Shown piece after piece: positions 1 to 9,676 of a stretch of 64,000 nucleotides of DNA (position 1 is its first letter; every line of letters begins with the position of its first letter). Origin of the DNA: Bacteroidaceae bacterium (GTDB lineage: Bacteria; Bacteroidota; Bacteroidia; Bacteroidales; Bacteroidaceae); assembly GCA_017503235.1 (NCBI GenBank), contig JAFVTL010000141.1, positions 5,277 to 69,276 of the forward strand, in the 5' to 3' direction. Below the pieces are notes generated by a model. It saw only the letters and a program-made list of their open reading frames with translations. It did no database searches and was not told the DNA's origin. Both the position numbers and the translations under genes were made by a program.

Positions 1-1
1 C

Positions 2-1792
2 CGTCCCCTTATGCGGAATAACCTCGGCAATGGTTTCAGATGTCTTTCGCTTGATAAGGCTGTCAATGAATTCCTCCAAGAACCTACGGTTTTGTTCATC
101 TTTAGGTCTTAAAGGGAATGCGCCAATGTTTACCTTCTCTATACTCTCAAAAAACTTTGATTTTGCCACTTCGTTTGGCTCGCCATTACCTGGGAATAAG
201 ATATATCCACCAATCACCTCTTTTTTCAATTGATCGGAATCATAATCCTTATAATAAATGGCATCACGATAACGGTGCATCTGGTTGATGGCATCATCCG
301 GTGGGACATCTACTCCCTTTTCTTTTCCACCAATACGATATTTCGCATCAAACAGATAAGTCATCTTCATGCCATCATGAAGGTCGTTCTTGGTCAACTG
401 AAGTACAATGTCCGGCTTTTGAGCAACGGTTGGCACTACAAGATTAGGCATACTTACACTATCGTTTTCCTTTTCCGTATGTTTCGGATTATAGACAAGT
501 TCGGCCAACTCTACACCATCCTTACGGAACAGAATCCTTGAATGTTCCCCACGGCCAAGTTCCCATGTAAAAAGACCGTTCATTTCCATACGGTTTCGAT
601 GCTCCATATCCTCTTTTTCTATGCCAAGTTGTTCCTTCACGATATGGCTGACTTCTATGAAACACCATATTTCATAAAGCGTTGCAATATCCTTGGTTTG
701 AAGCCGGTACATACCATCTTGTAACGAATATGAACGGCGCAACAGATTCTAAGTTCTATATACCTGACTATATCCCGTAGCCTTTTGCAACACCAAGCTT
801 TCCTGATTCAATCCCTTAAAATGTCCGATGGTACGGAAAAACGGATTCCTCTGCAATCTTTTCAATGCATCAAGACAAGCATCCATTTCATCCTTCCATA
901 CATCCGAAGCTTTCCCCACCGATTCAATATATTTTTTCAGCACTTCATATTTGGATATGATTTGCGCCAACGCATATTTCAGGAATCGGTTTTCCTGTGT
1001 GTCATTCGATTGCGTATGCTCTTCTATCCGATAGAGATGAGCCACTTCTTTCCGATGCTCCGCCAGTTCGTTTTCTATACAGACAGGCACCCTTTTTATC
1101 TTGTCGGCACGTTGATACGTTTCATATCCACGGAGTCTTCTTCTTGGTCGTTCAATGATATTTTTGCACGCCTTGATAAACCTCTCACGCTCTCCCGAAA
1201 AGATGTTCCACCAAATCAACTCCGGTGTTTCTCCCCTTTCATCGGGCGTAAAACCGTGAAACGTTCTCCGCATATAGTCAAGTGACAACATCCGGTATTC
1301 CGCCTCAATGTCTTCGATTATCTTGTTCCAATGCTCATGATAATCAAGTTTTGTGCTTAGCACTTCAAAACCGAAAGTGAAGTGTCGAGTTTCCGAACCG
1401 ACTTTATAAACGATGTTTATTTCACTTTTCCCAATCTCGTTGTTATAGTTGACGAATCCGGCCAATACATTTTTCCTGAAACTGAAGCGTTCATTCTCAT
1501 TTTGCAGCATCGAACCGAATTCCGCATATTCAACATCCTTATGAAAATCCACCCAAATCGGATAATCTGCATTGTCAAAGAATATGGCCGATGCTTTCTC
1601 TCCACAAGTCAATTCCGCTTCTTGTCCACCTTCACCATATTTCACCACACTTTTCACACCATTCGACCATGTATACGTGGACAAAAGTTTCTCTTTGCCC
1701 ACATTTTGCACGGCCTTTCCCCAAATGCCCTCAAACTTGGTACATTCTATGGACATTGTAAAATCCTTGTGGTATATGGTAAGCAGTTCCAT
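2..1792 (-). pseudogene. DUF2357 + PD-(D/E)XK McrC-like nuclease, interrupted by in-frame TAG at 749-751; 3' end beyond window edge
   Basis: ORF 749..1792 ends YSQVYRT*. The same frame continues open to the window edge as NLLRRSYSLQDGMYRLQTKDIATLYEIWCF...KPDIVLQL...YLFDAKYR...DAINQMHRYRDAI, which are DUF2357 and PD-(D/E)XK motifs. Downstream of mcrB. Confidence 0.85.
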
Positions 1793-1794
1793 TC

Positions 1795-2772
1795 TTACTT
1801 ATTCAAGTCTTTCAGTTTCTTTATCTCCTTGTCGAAATCACTCTCCAACAAATCCATTTCACGCTTACGGTATATTTCAAATTCCTTTTCAGCCTTTTCT
1901 ACAGCTTGCTTGTGCGATACATGTCCTTTTCCTGTCAATACCTTCCGTTTGAGTCCGATGATTTGGTTGTCCAATGCTTCAATCCAATCCTTCATGGTCA
2001 TTGGATTCATTTCTAAAGCCTGAAACTCCGCAAAATCCAAGAAACCCGAAACCAACAGATTCAAGCGTTGCAATTCTATCTCCGTCAGATAATTCTTGGC
2101 TATCTTCACATCATCCCTTGTTACATAGTTCCCCTTGAAATTCGTCATACCGACAAACGGCTTTTCATTGTCCACCCGGTGATAGATGACTTCGGCAGCC
2201 GTATTCTCATGAACCGCATAATGCAACTTATTTTGCACCGTTGCAAAAAATGCTTTTGTCATTTCATCGCGAGGGTCATAATCTGTAGCCGTAGCATAGA
2301 TATCTGTCACTTGCTGATAGAAATTCCGTTCACTGCTGCGGATGTCCCGAATACGTTGCAACAATTCGCGGAAATATCTATTTCCACCTTGCTTCAAACG
2401 TTCATCATCCATTGCAAAACCCTTTTGGATGTATTCATGCAGCCGTTGTGTAGCCCATCGGCGGAAACGTACAGCTACAGGTGATTGAACACGATAACCA
2501 AGTGCAATCACAACATCCAGATTATAGTGTGCAACATTATAATATTTCCCATCCGAAGCAGTTGTTCGGAAATTCCGAACAACTGAATCTTTTACCAATT
2601 CTCCATCTGCAAAAATATGGGAAAGATGCTCGCTTACATTCGATTTGCTTGTTTGGTATATTTCTACCAACTGCGCTTGTGTCAACCACACATCCTCATC
2701 CGCAAACCGCACAGATACACGAGTTATCTCGTTATCGTCTTGATAGAGTATGATTTTGTTTTCTTCTTTCAT
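1795..2772 (-). CDS. rhuM: RhuM family protein
   Basis: WLTQAQLVEIY, YNLDVVIALGYRV, FRRWATQRL, IRDIRSSERNFYQQVTDIYA and FFATVQNKLHYA are RhuM motifs. Start set at MKEENK; alternative start 2784. Confidence 0.9.
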   Translation of the reverse strand: MKEENKIILYQDDNEITRVSVRFADEDVWLTQAQLVEIYQTSKSNVSEHLSHIFADGELVKDSVVRNFRTTASDGKYYNVAHYNLDVVIALGYRVQSPVAVRFRRWATQRLHEYIQKGFAMDDERLKQGGNRYFRELLQRIRDIRSSERNFYQQVTDIYATATDYDPRDEMTKAFFATVQNKLHYAVHENTAAEVIYHRVDNEKPFVGMTNFKGNYVTRDDVKIAKNYLTEIELQRLNLLVSGFLDFAEFQALEMNPMTMKDWIEALDNQIIGLKRKVLTGKGHVSHKQAVEKAEKEFEIYRKREMDLLESDFDKEIKKLKDLNK

Positions 2773-2791
2773 GCAGCCATCCATTTAACCG

Positions 2792-4513
2792 TTAACTCCA
2801 GAAACTGGTATATCCGGATTTCAAGCGCCTTTTCATTTCCTCCAACTTGGCAAGGGAGATTGCATGTTCCGTTCCTTCCTTTTCTTTTACACCCGCATAT
2901 TCCTTGCCGGATATTTCTTTCAAACCGTCAGCAATGGCATGACCAAGGCCCGACAAGAAATCCTTACTAACCTTTGTCTCATCCCCTTCTATGCGAGAAA
3001 GAATCTTCATATTGGTAATTTCATCCAAGGCACGAGCTATCACCACTTCCTGCGGAATCTCTGCTCCATTCTCATCTTTATTATAAGGCAAATTGTTTAC
3101 CACATAGAGTAAGAATTCATTACGGGTACGATAAGCCACTTTGAAAGGTGTTTCTTCCAGCTTTTCATTGATAGCCTTCAAGTATTTGATGGTGATGTCA
3201 CATACTTCTTTGTATGCGTCATATACATCTACACCTTCCACGGCATAGCCTATCAATTCTGCTTCTCCCAATTTTCCAATCTGTTCATAGCGTTTGGTCA
3301 ATCCACCTTCCAAATCCACCTCATTCATTTCGATGGTCATGGCACGGTCAAGCACTTTTCGAGAGAAAGAAAATGTGGTTTCATCCATATTCACCGTACC
3401 AACCACGATAAGGTTTTTAGGAATGGTGATACCTTCATTCATAAAACGAGTTCTTACCTCGTCATTCGTAGTTAGCTTAGCTGTTAAATCGAAATACCAT
3501 TGCTCGGCACATTTTTCAATAATGGCATCCGTCACTATCTCACCATCTATATTCTTACGGCTTTCTACCACACTCAAGTATTCTGCAAAGTACTGCTCTA
3601 CCGGAGCCAGATTCATTTCATCCAAACAAAGGAAATGTGGCACATCCAAGTTTTCCCAGGCCTTAGCTATGAACTTCAAGAAATCGCCAGCAATAAATTC
3701 CGGTTTACCACTCACACGACTGACATACCCCAACAATTCGCTTGAATCATGCCAATTCGGTTTCACCTGAATCATTTCAAAGTTCTTCGGTTTCTGCGCT
3801 TTATATTCTTCCGAACCTTCTTCCCAACAAGCACGTGCCAATTCACGAACGATACGGCTTTTTCCTGTGCCGGATATGCCGGCCAACAGAAGGAACGGTT
3901 TAGATTTTATGGCAGCAATGTATGAACGATACGAAACATTTGAAGAATTTATCAAAACAAGAGAACTTCTTAGTGATGTATATTCAAAGACATTTTTAGA
4001 TTTTTCAATAATCTCCAGATATATGTCAATTATTGAGTCTACGTCTTGTTGAATTTTATCATAATCAACATTGTCTGTCCAATCATATATTTCATAGATG
4101 TATGAAGAGTTATATTTGTTTATCCGAATATCGGATGTTTTATATTTCCATTCAACAAAAGCATCTTGAATTGTTTTCTTCTTTTCAACCTGAGTTCCCC
4201 AAAGAATATCTGGTTGATTATTAGCACTTACGCCATAAGCTAGAACTATTTTCTTTACAATTATATCATTCTTATTCTTCTTTATAAATTCAGAAGTTCC
4301 ATAAAACAACAATACTGGATAAATTCCTTTTTGAGTTTCCTGCCCTTCTGCACAATATGAAATCCATGGTATTTTAGAAAGATTCCCAGTCATACCAATG
4401 CTGGCCTTTACTGACAAACCACGATATGAAGCTTCTAAACCTTTGCGCCCAAAATCACCTTTATTTCTATGATCCCACATAGAATTAACAAGTCTTCTTA
4501 AATTATATTCCAT
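2792..4513 (-). CDS. mcrB: McrB family AAA+ GTPase with DUF3578-like N-terminal DNA-binding domain
   Basis: Walker A GISGTGKS, Walker B LDEMN, GTVNMDETT signature. N-terminus (SYRGLSVKASIG..IPWISY..GQETQKGIYPVLLFY..LAYGVS) resembles the E. coli McrB N-domain. First ATG used. Confidence 0.88.
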   Translation of the reverse strand: MEYNLRRLVNSMWDHRNKGDFGRKGLEASYRGLSVKASIGMTGNLSKIPWISYCAEGQETQKGIYPVLLFYGTSEFIKKNKNDIIVKKIVLAYGVSANNQPDILWGTQVEKKKTIQDAFVEWKYKTSDIRINKYNSSYIYEIYDWTDNVDYDKIQQDVDSIIDIYLEIIEKSKNVFEYTSLRSSLVLINSSNVSYRSYIAAIKSKPFLLLAGISGTGKSRIVRELARACWEEGSEEYKAQKPKNFEMIQVKPNWHDSSELLGYVSRVSGKPEFIAGDFLKFIAKAWENLDVPHFLCLDEMNLAPVEQYFAEYLSVVESRKNIDGEIVTDAIIEKCAEQWYFDLTAKLTTNDEVRTRFMNEGITIPKNLIVVGTVNMDETTFSFSRKVLDRAMTIEMNEVDLEGGLTKRYEQIGKLGEAELIGYAVEGVDVYDAYKEVCDITIKYLKAINEKLEETPFKVAYRTRNEFLLYVVNNLPYNKDENGAEIPQEVVIARALDEITNMKILSRIEGDETKVSKDFLSGLGHAIADGLKEISGKEYAGVKEKEGTEHAISLAKLEEMKRRLKSGYTSFWS

Positions 4514-4615
4514 ATCACAAAATATTTTCAACAGTTAACCACAAACCTTTCCATTCACTTCAATCAATTCAAGTATCATGCACCAATGATTATAAAATAC
4601 TATTAACAATTTATA

Positions 4616-5641
4616 TTAATCCCGTATATACATATTAAGGTGCTCACGTATATTATTAGCTTGTACTTGACAAAACTTGGGAGGCAATGCATTTCCAATC
4701 ATTAATGCTATTTTTGTTTTAGCTACACCAACTGGAAAAATGTAATCCGCAGGAAAAGTTTGCAACATTGCAGCTTCTCGAGCTGTAATACACCGATCTT
4801 GTTCGGGATGCAAAAAACGTCCTTTTGATGGATTAAGACAACCTCCAGTTATCGTGGTAGAATATGTATCCCATCGAAGTCTACCATAAACATCATTAAA
4901 ACCAACATTTTCAGCTTTATGACAATTTAGTTGCCATTCTTCTCCCAGATCCTTCAAACTACCTCCATCATGAGGTATATGTTCAATAAGCATTTGTATA
5001 CGATCTATATGACGTGGAAATATCTTATGAACTGAATCTGTACTTTCTTCCGGTTTAGGCAAACCAAAAATAGTTGTTCTCACCGTAGCCTTTTCATTAG
5101 TCGGTTTTGCTATTGAAATAGGTCCTAATCGAGAACCTACCATAACTAATCTCTTTCTATTTTGAGGAACACCATAGTCTTTTACATTTAATATATCATA
5201 TTCTACATGATAACCAATAGCTTTGAGATATGATATAGCCCTATGAAAATCCTCTGACATTTCTAACCCAGGGACATTTTCAAGCATTATAGTAAATGGT
5301 TGTAAATCATCAACAAAACGAACGTATTCATTAATAAGAGAATTTCTTTCATCTTCTACAGGCTGATTTCTGTTTAATCTTCTTATAGAACTAAATCCTT
5401 GACACGGAGGACAACCTGCCAACAAATGTATAGTCTGTCCTTTCAAGGATTTCTGAAGTCTCTTTGTGTTAACAGTTCTTATATCTTGAGTGAATACTTC
5501 CGTTCTTTTATGATTCATTTTATATGTTAAAGAAGCTATAGGATCTATCTCAAAAGCAAATTTTGTTCTAAATCTCGCCATTCGAAGGCCTTCAGACATT
5601 CCTCCAGCACCAGAAAACAAATCTATAGATATATACTTCAT
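4616..5641 (-). CDS. DNA (cytosine-5)-methyltransferase
   Basis: Motif I DLFSGAGG, IV GCPPCQGFS, VI ENVPG, VIII PQNRKR, IX REAAMLQTFP, X IGNALPP. ATG at 5641 overlaps the upstream TGA (ATGA). Confidence 0.95.
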   Translation of the reverse strand: MKYISIDLFSGAGGMSEGLRMARFRTKFAFEIDPIASLTYKMNHKRTEVFTQDIRTVNTKRLQKSLKGQTIHLLAGCPPCQGFSSIRRLNRNQPVEDERNSLINEYVRFVDDLQPFTIMLENVPGLEMSEDFHRAISYLKAIGYHVEYDILNVKDYGVPQNRKRLVMVGSRLGPISIAKPTNEKATVRTTIFGLPKPEESTDSVHKIFPRHIDRIQMLIEHIPHDGGSLKDLGEEWQLNCHKAENVGFNDVYGRLRWDTYSTTITGGCLNPSKGRFLHPEQDRCITAREAAMLQTFPADYIFPVGVAKTKIALMIGNALPPKFCQVQANNIREHLNMYIRD

Positions 5642-6942
5642 AACCGTGCTTTTTTTATCATCTCCAATAATTGTTCTTGCAGAATTTCCGGAAAATCGGG
5701 ACACCCATATCCCGAAATATTGTCCATAACAAACTGAAGTAGAGGTGATTTAAATGGATCTAAAACTGATGCTACTTTTGTAAAACCCCTTAAAGTTTTA
5801 TAATTCAAAGAAACATTCTGTAGGCCTTCCGGCTTTTCTACTTTCACAGATGTTATACTTTTGGGAAGAACAACAAAATCCTCAAGAATAGAATCACCAA
5901 CAGGAACAGCAGGTAACAATGTCATAGAAACCTGACAATTAGTTAAAGACGTTATCTTTGTCGAGTTGGTTGCAATAAACTTAAGCTGTTCCTTTGCCAT
6001 ATCGGATTCAATCTTTACTAATGGAATCAGAGAAATATAACCACCATTCTTCTTCCAGAATCTATTCATGTGACAATCTGATGAAAAAACAATAAAAAAG
6101 TCTCCCTCATCATTTTTCACAATGTCCCCCATAGCTACATATGAAGAAGGAGTATCATCATACAATCTATAAGCCCATACTTTTCTGACCTCTTTTATAT
6201 TAGGTTCATTCTGTTTTATTATCGACATATTATCCCACACAATGTTATACATAGCTCTCTTATAACGAGGGACAATTACATCAATAAAATCTCCATTTGT
6301 AATATTATACTTTCCATCATTAAAACAGTCTTTTATAGATGCAAAAAATTCTTCCACTGACAATTGAGAAATTTCAGACAAAATTTTGTTTATAGCCAAA
6401 TTGGATTTATATATTACTTCATGTCCATATCGAAAAGAAAAGTTTTGAGACTCTTTTTCTGTTATTTTTGAAAAAATTGATTCTACACTATCAACATCAC
6501 CCTTATTCACAACATTTAATCTATTCCTAAATTTATAAAACTCTTGTTTTTGGACAATCTCATTTATTTCTAAAATATTATCAGATTCAGAGAAAATAAA
6601 AACCATCGTATGTGAACTTTCTAAAATCTTTAATAAATAAGACTCAGAATCATCAGAACCGGCTCCCATATTATAGTCCCAATCATAAATCATGATTTCA
6701 GGAGAATAAACATTATCACGTATATAATTATCATAAAATGCAGGAGAAGTAAAAGCACTAACAGACCAGTTCTCTTTGTCATTTAAAAGACGTTCGCAAA
6801 GACCTTTAACTACATGATCTCCCCATTCTGTACCTTCATTCCTTAATAAAAACTGAATAACCATTCCACTTATAATATCTGTATCATCAAAATATTGAGA
6901 AACAGGAATTTTGTCATCTATAAAACAAATTGTATGTTTCAT
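5638..6942 (-). CDS. Receiver (REC)-domain protein with uncharacterised C-terminal domain
   Basis: ICFIDD, IMIYDWD, FIFSE and VNK match receiver residues in order. ATGA-coupled to the upstream kinase and the downstream MTase. Confidence 0.7.
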   Translation of the reverse strand: MKHTICFIDDKIPVSQYFDDTDIISGMVIQFLLRNEGTEWGDHVVKGLCERLLNDKENWSVSAFTSPAFYDNYIRDNVYSPEIMIYDWDYNMGAGSDDSESYLLKILESSHTMVFIFSESDNILEINEIVQKQEFYKFRNRLNVVNKGDVDSVESIFSKITEKESQNFSFRYGHEVIYKSNLAINKILSEISQLSVEEFFASIKDCFNDGKYNITNGDFIDVIVPRYKRAMYNIVWDNMSIIKQNEPNIKEVRKVWAYRLYDDTPSSYVAMGDIVKNDEGDFFIVFSSDCHMNRFWKKNGGYISLIPLVKIESDMAKEQLKFIATNSTKITSLTNCQVSMTLLPAVPVGDSILEDFVVLPKSITSVKVEKPEGLQNVSLNYKTLRGFTKVASVLDPFKSPLLQFVMDNISGYGCPDFPEILQEQLLEMIKKARL

Positions 6943-9668
6943 TTTTCGTCCTCCTTTGTTACTGGAACATGATTAAAATCTATTGTAAACTGAGCACCAC
7001 TAATATCCGTTATACGAGAATTATTCGGTGTTTCATAAATTGACCCTTTCATTGCATTCATGTATGTCTTACATATGTATAGTCCTAAACCACTTGGTGG
7101 AATTTTCATACTATATCCCGCTTCAAACAAATAAGGTCTAATTGCAGAATCAATCCCCGAACCTGAATCAGCAAAAACAATCAAACGATTTATGCTATCA
7201 ATCTTAATTTTTATAATTCTTTTTTCTACAGGAATAAATGAAAGCCAATAAATGCTATTATCAAATAGATTTACAAAGATTTGACATAATGTTGAATATC
7301 TTGCAAAAACAGCAATGTCTTTATCAATATCAACTATCAGTTTTATCTTATTTCTTTCTATTTTAGCTTTAAAAACTTCTTTGGCATAATTAAGCGCCTG
7401 AAAAATCATAAACTCACGTTTTTTTTCATTACGAATTGTTCGCAACGGACTTAAACGTTTTAATTCCGATTTCAATGACTCTGAAGTAGATTGCAAATCT
7501 TCTAATTTGAATTCATTTGGATTTCCTGTTTTTATTAAATTCGTTATACCATGATAAAAATTAGATGCTATCTTATTTAATTCATGAAGCGAAACAGCTG
7601 CAGCTAACCCAAAACCAGCTTGCTCAGTTAATCTTTCTTGAACTCCTTCTATAAGCGATATACTTTTTTTCAAATTTTTAATCGATTCAGATAAATTCAC
7701 TAAACCAGCTCTACGTTCTTGTACTGTATTCCCCAGCTTTTCAAGAATCTTCCAAGGATCGCTTTCAATAGAATAATGCTCACTAATTCCATCAATTATA
7801 GAAGAAGTTGTCTTTGTTACATCACTTAATTTTTTAGAATCGTGAACAACTCCTTTTGTTAAATTTGTATACTCATCCCGTTTATTGATATATTTAACCT
7901 CCAAAATATTTTGTACAATAGCAATCACCAATTGAGCTAAATCTTTATATGCCTGATTCTCAATTAGACCTTCTCTATTTGTTTTATCAATCAAGTCGAT
8001 GTTCTCATATTGTTCAAGCTCTATATTGCCTATTAAATTATAATAAGAAATCCTAAACCCTTGCTTGATATTGCGTTGCGACAAACCAAGCCAATCATTC
8101 TTTGTTCCAGACTCTGCAGGAAAAATAATAACATTGTCCCGATAAATTGATATTCCCCCATAGTCAGAAAGGTAATCTTTCATTTCCTGTTGATCTGGAC
8201 CATCAATCCAAGGCTTCGCTCTATACCAAGCATCTATATGAATATAAAAAGAGCCACACTCCGGTTTTCTTAACAGCTTCCCGTTTTCTCCTTTCCAATA
8301 ATCAAGAGAAGCCATACGCAAATCATAATTAAAATCTCTCCATTCTTCTGTAGGAAGTGGAACAGAAGCTGGTGGATTAAATTTAAGAAAATAGTTTGTT
8401 AATATACCTTCTTCATTAACAGAAGCGTCAAGGCTAAAATTAGGAATAAAAACAGTATGTACTTCTTTTACCTCCAAATCAAGTATTTGAGGACATTCAA
8501 GATATGCAAAAAAAGGAGGATTCGCTATCTTTCTATTAGGATTTGGATTAGGAGAATTCAGTCTTAATATTGACTTATTAATATCTCTGATTTTCTCTTC
8601 GTCAAATTCAAAGTTATCCCGCCCCCCATATATTATAATTTGTGTACCAGAACCTTTATGACCATAGTCACGACTCAAAGGTTCTCTGGTCAACTCCACT
8701 CCAACAGAATTAAGATTTTTTCTATCTCCTTCTTCCGTCTCAAAATCATCCCAATTTAATCTCAAAACTAACTCATCCACTGATTCCTTTGTCTTTGTCC
8801 GGATGATAAGTTGTCTTCCCAAACGATTTGTTGCAAAGCGTCCAACTCCTTTTTCACCAAGCGGAATACGGCCACCATGTTCTTTCTTTAATTGATTTAC
8901 CACAGACTTATATGCACCAAAATTTCCTGTTTTTTCGGCATTCTCTTTCTCTTTTCGAAGTTTGAATTTAACATTTGTTTTTATTGTTGAAGCAGGACGA
9001 AGCCAACCATTTTCAATCGTTTCACGACTCATTCCCACACCATCATCTTCAATAAGAATAACAGGCCCCGGAAGATCATTATAAACATATTGTTTAGAAT
9101 CAATCGACAATAATTTGGGCAACTTTTCAAAACGAACTCGACAATAACTTGCTGCTGCATCAATAGAATTTTTAACCAACTCTAATATACCGACTTTTTC
9201 CGAACCAATAAGTTGCTCCCCTAAAATATTAACAAGATGAGCGTCAGATTCAAAATTTAACAATATATGTCCATCAAGACAAACTGTATCTAAAAATTTT
9301 TTACTAATCCGTCTTACTGCATTATTGTAATTATATGTGTTTGGATTATATTTTTGCTCAAGAATTTCTCCTTCATTGTTCTTATAATAAACAGGGACAG
9401 AAAAGGGTTTATAATCTGAAATTTCCACAAAATAATAATCTTCATTATTCTTATCTACGAAAGGAGATTTCTCAATACGACCATAACCGTAAAATTCTCC
9501 TTTTCCTTGTTTTATAGGCTCATAATACAGAAACTCTATAGGCAAATTTTCAAACAAAGACATATATGACTTTGTAGTATTTGCTGGGAAATGATAATAT
9601 TTCCCAATAAAATCATTGTATTTATCTCCATTCCGATATTGAGTTAGCACTAAAGTATTTACTTGCAT
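6939..9668 (-). CDS. MORC/MutL-type GHKL ATPase fused to histidine kinase, with PUA/EVE-like N-terminal domain
   Basis: First GHKL: ELVKNSIDA, EDDGVGM, GEKGVGRFA, GTQI. Kinase: SLHELN (H box), NLFDNS, DSGSGI, LFEAGYS, GLGLYI. Confidence 0.85.
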   Translation of the reverse strand: MQVNTLVLTQYRNGDKYNDFIGKYYHFPANTTKSYMSLFENLPIEFLYYEPIKQGKGEFYGYGRIEKSPFVDKNNEDYYFVEISDYKPFSVPVYYKNNEGEILEQKYNPNTYNYNNAVRRISKKFLDTVCLDGHILLNFESDAHLVNILGEQLIGSEKVGILELVKNSIDAAASYCRVRFEKLPKLLSIDSKQYVYNDLPGPVILIEDDGVGMSRETIENGWLRPASTIKTNVKFKLRKEKENAEKTGNFGAYKSVVNQLKKEHGGRIPLGEKGVGRFATNRLGRQLIIRTKTKESVDELVLRLNWDDFETEEGDRKNLNSVGVELTREPLSRDYGHKGSGTQIIIYGGRDNFEFDEEKIRDINKSILRLNSPNPNPNRKIANPPFFAYLECPQILDLEVKEVHTVFIPNFSLDASVNEEGILTNYFLKFNPPASVPLPTEEWRDFNYDLRMASLDYWKGENGKLLRKPECGSFYIHIDAWYRAKPWIDGPDQQEMKDYLSDYGGISIYRDNVIIFPAESGTKNDWLGLSQRNIKQGFRISYYNLIGNIELEQYENIDLIDKTNREGLIENQAYKDLAQLVIAIVQNILEVKYINKRDEYTNLTKGVVHDSKKLSDVTKTTSSIIDGISEHYSIESDPWKILEKLGNTVQERRAGLVNLSESIKNLKKSISLIEGVQERLTEQAGFGLAAAVSLHELNKIASNFYHGITNLIKTGNPNEFKLEDLQSTSESLKSELKRLSPLRTIRNEKKREFMIFQALNYAKEVFKAKIERNKIKLIVDIDKDIAVFARYSTLCQIFVNLFDNSIYWLSFIPVEKRIIKIKIDSINRLIVFADSGSGIDSAIRPYLFEAGYSMKIPPSGLGLYICKTYMNAMKGSIYETPNNSRITDISGAQFTIDFNHVPVTKEDEK

Positions 9669-9676
9669 ATCATTTT

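Noticed and set aside
749-751. Genome-wide TAG reassignment
   Set aside because: Other genes are uninterrupted and TAG ends the ModF-like gene at 48461 just before the next start codon.
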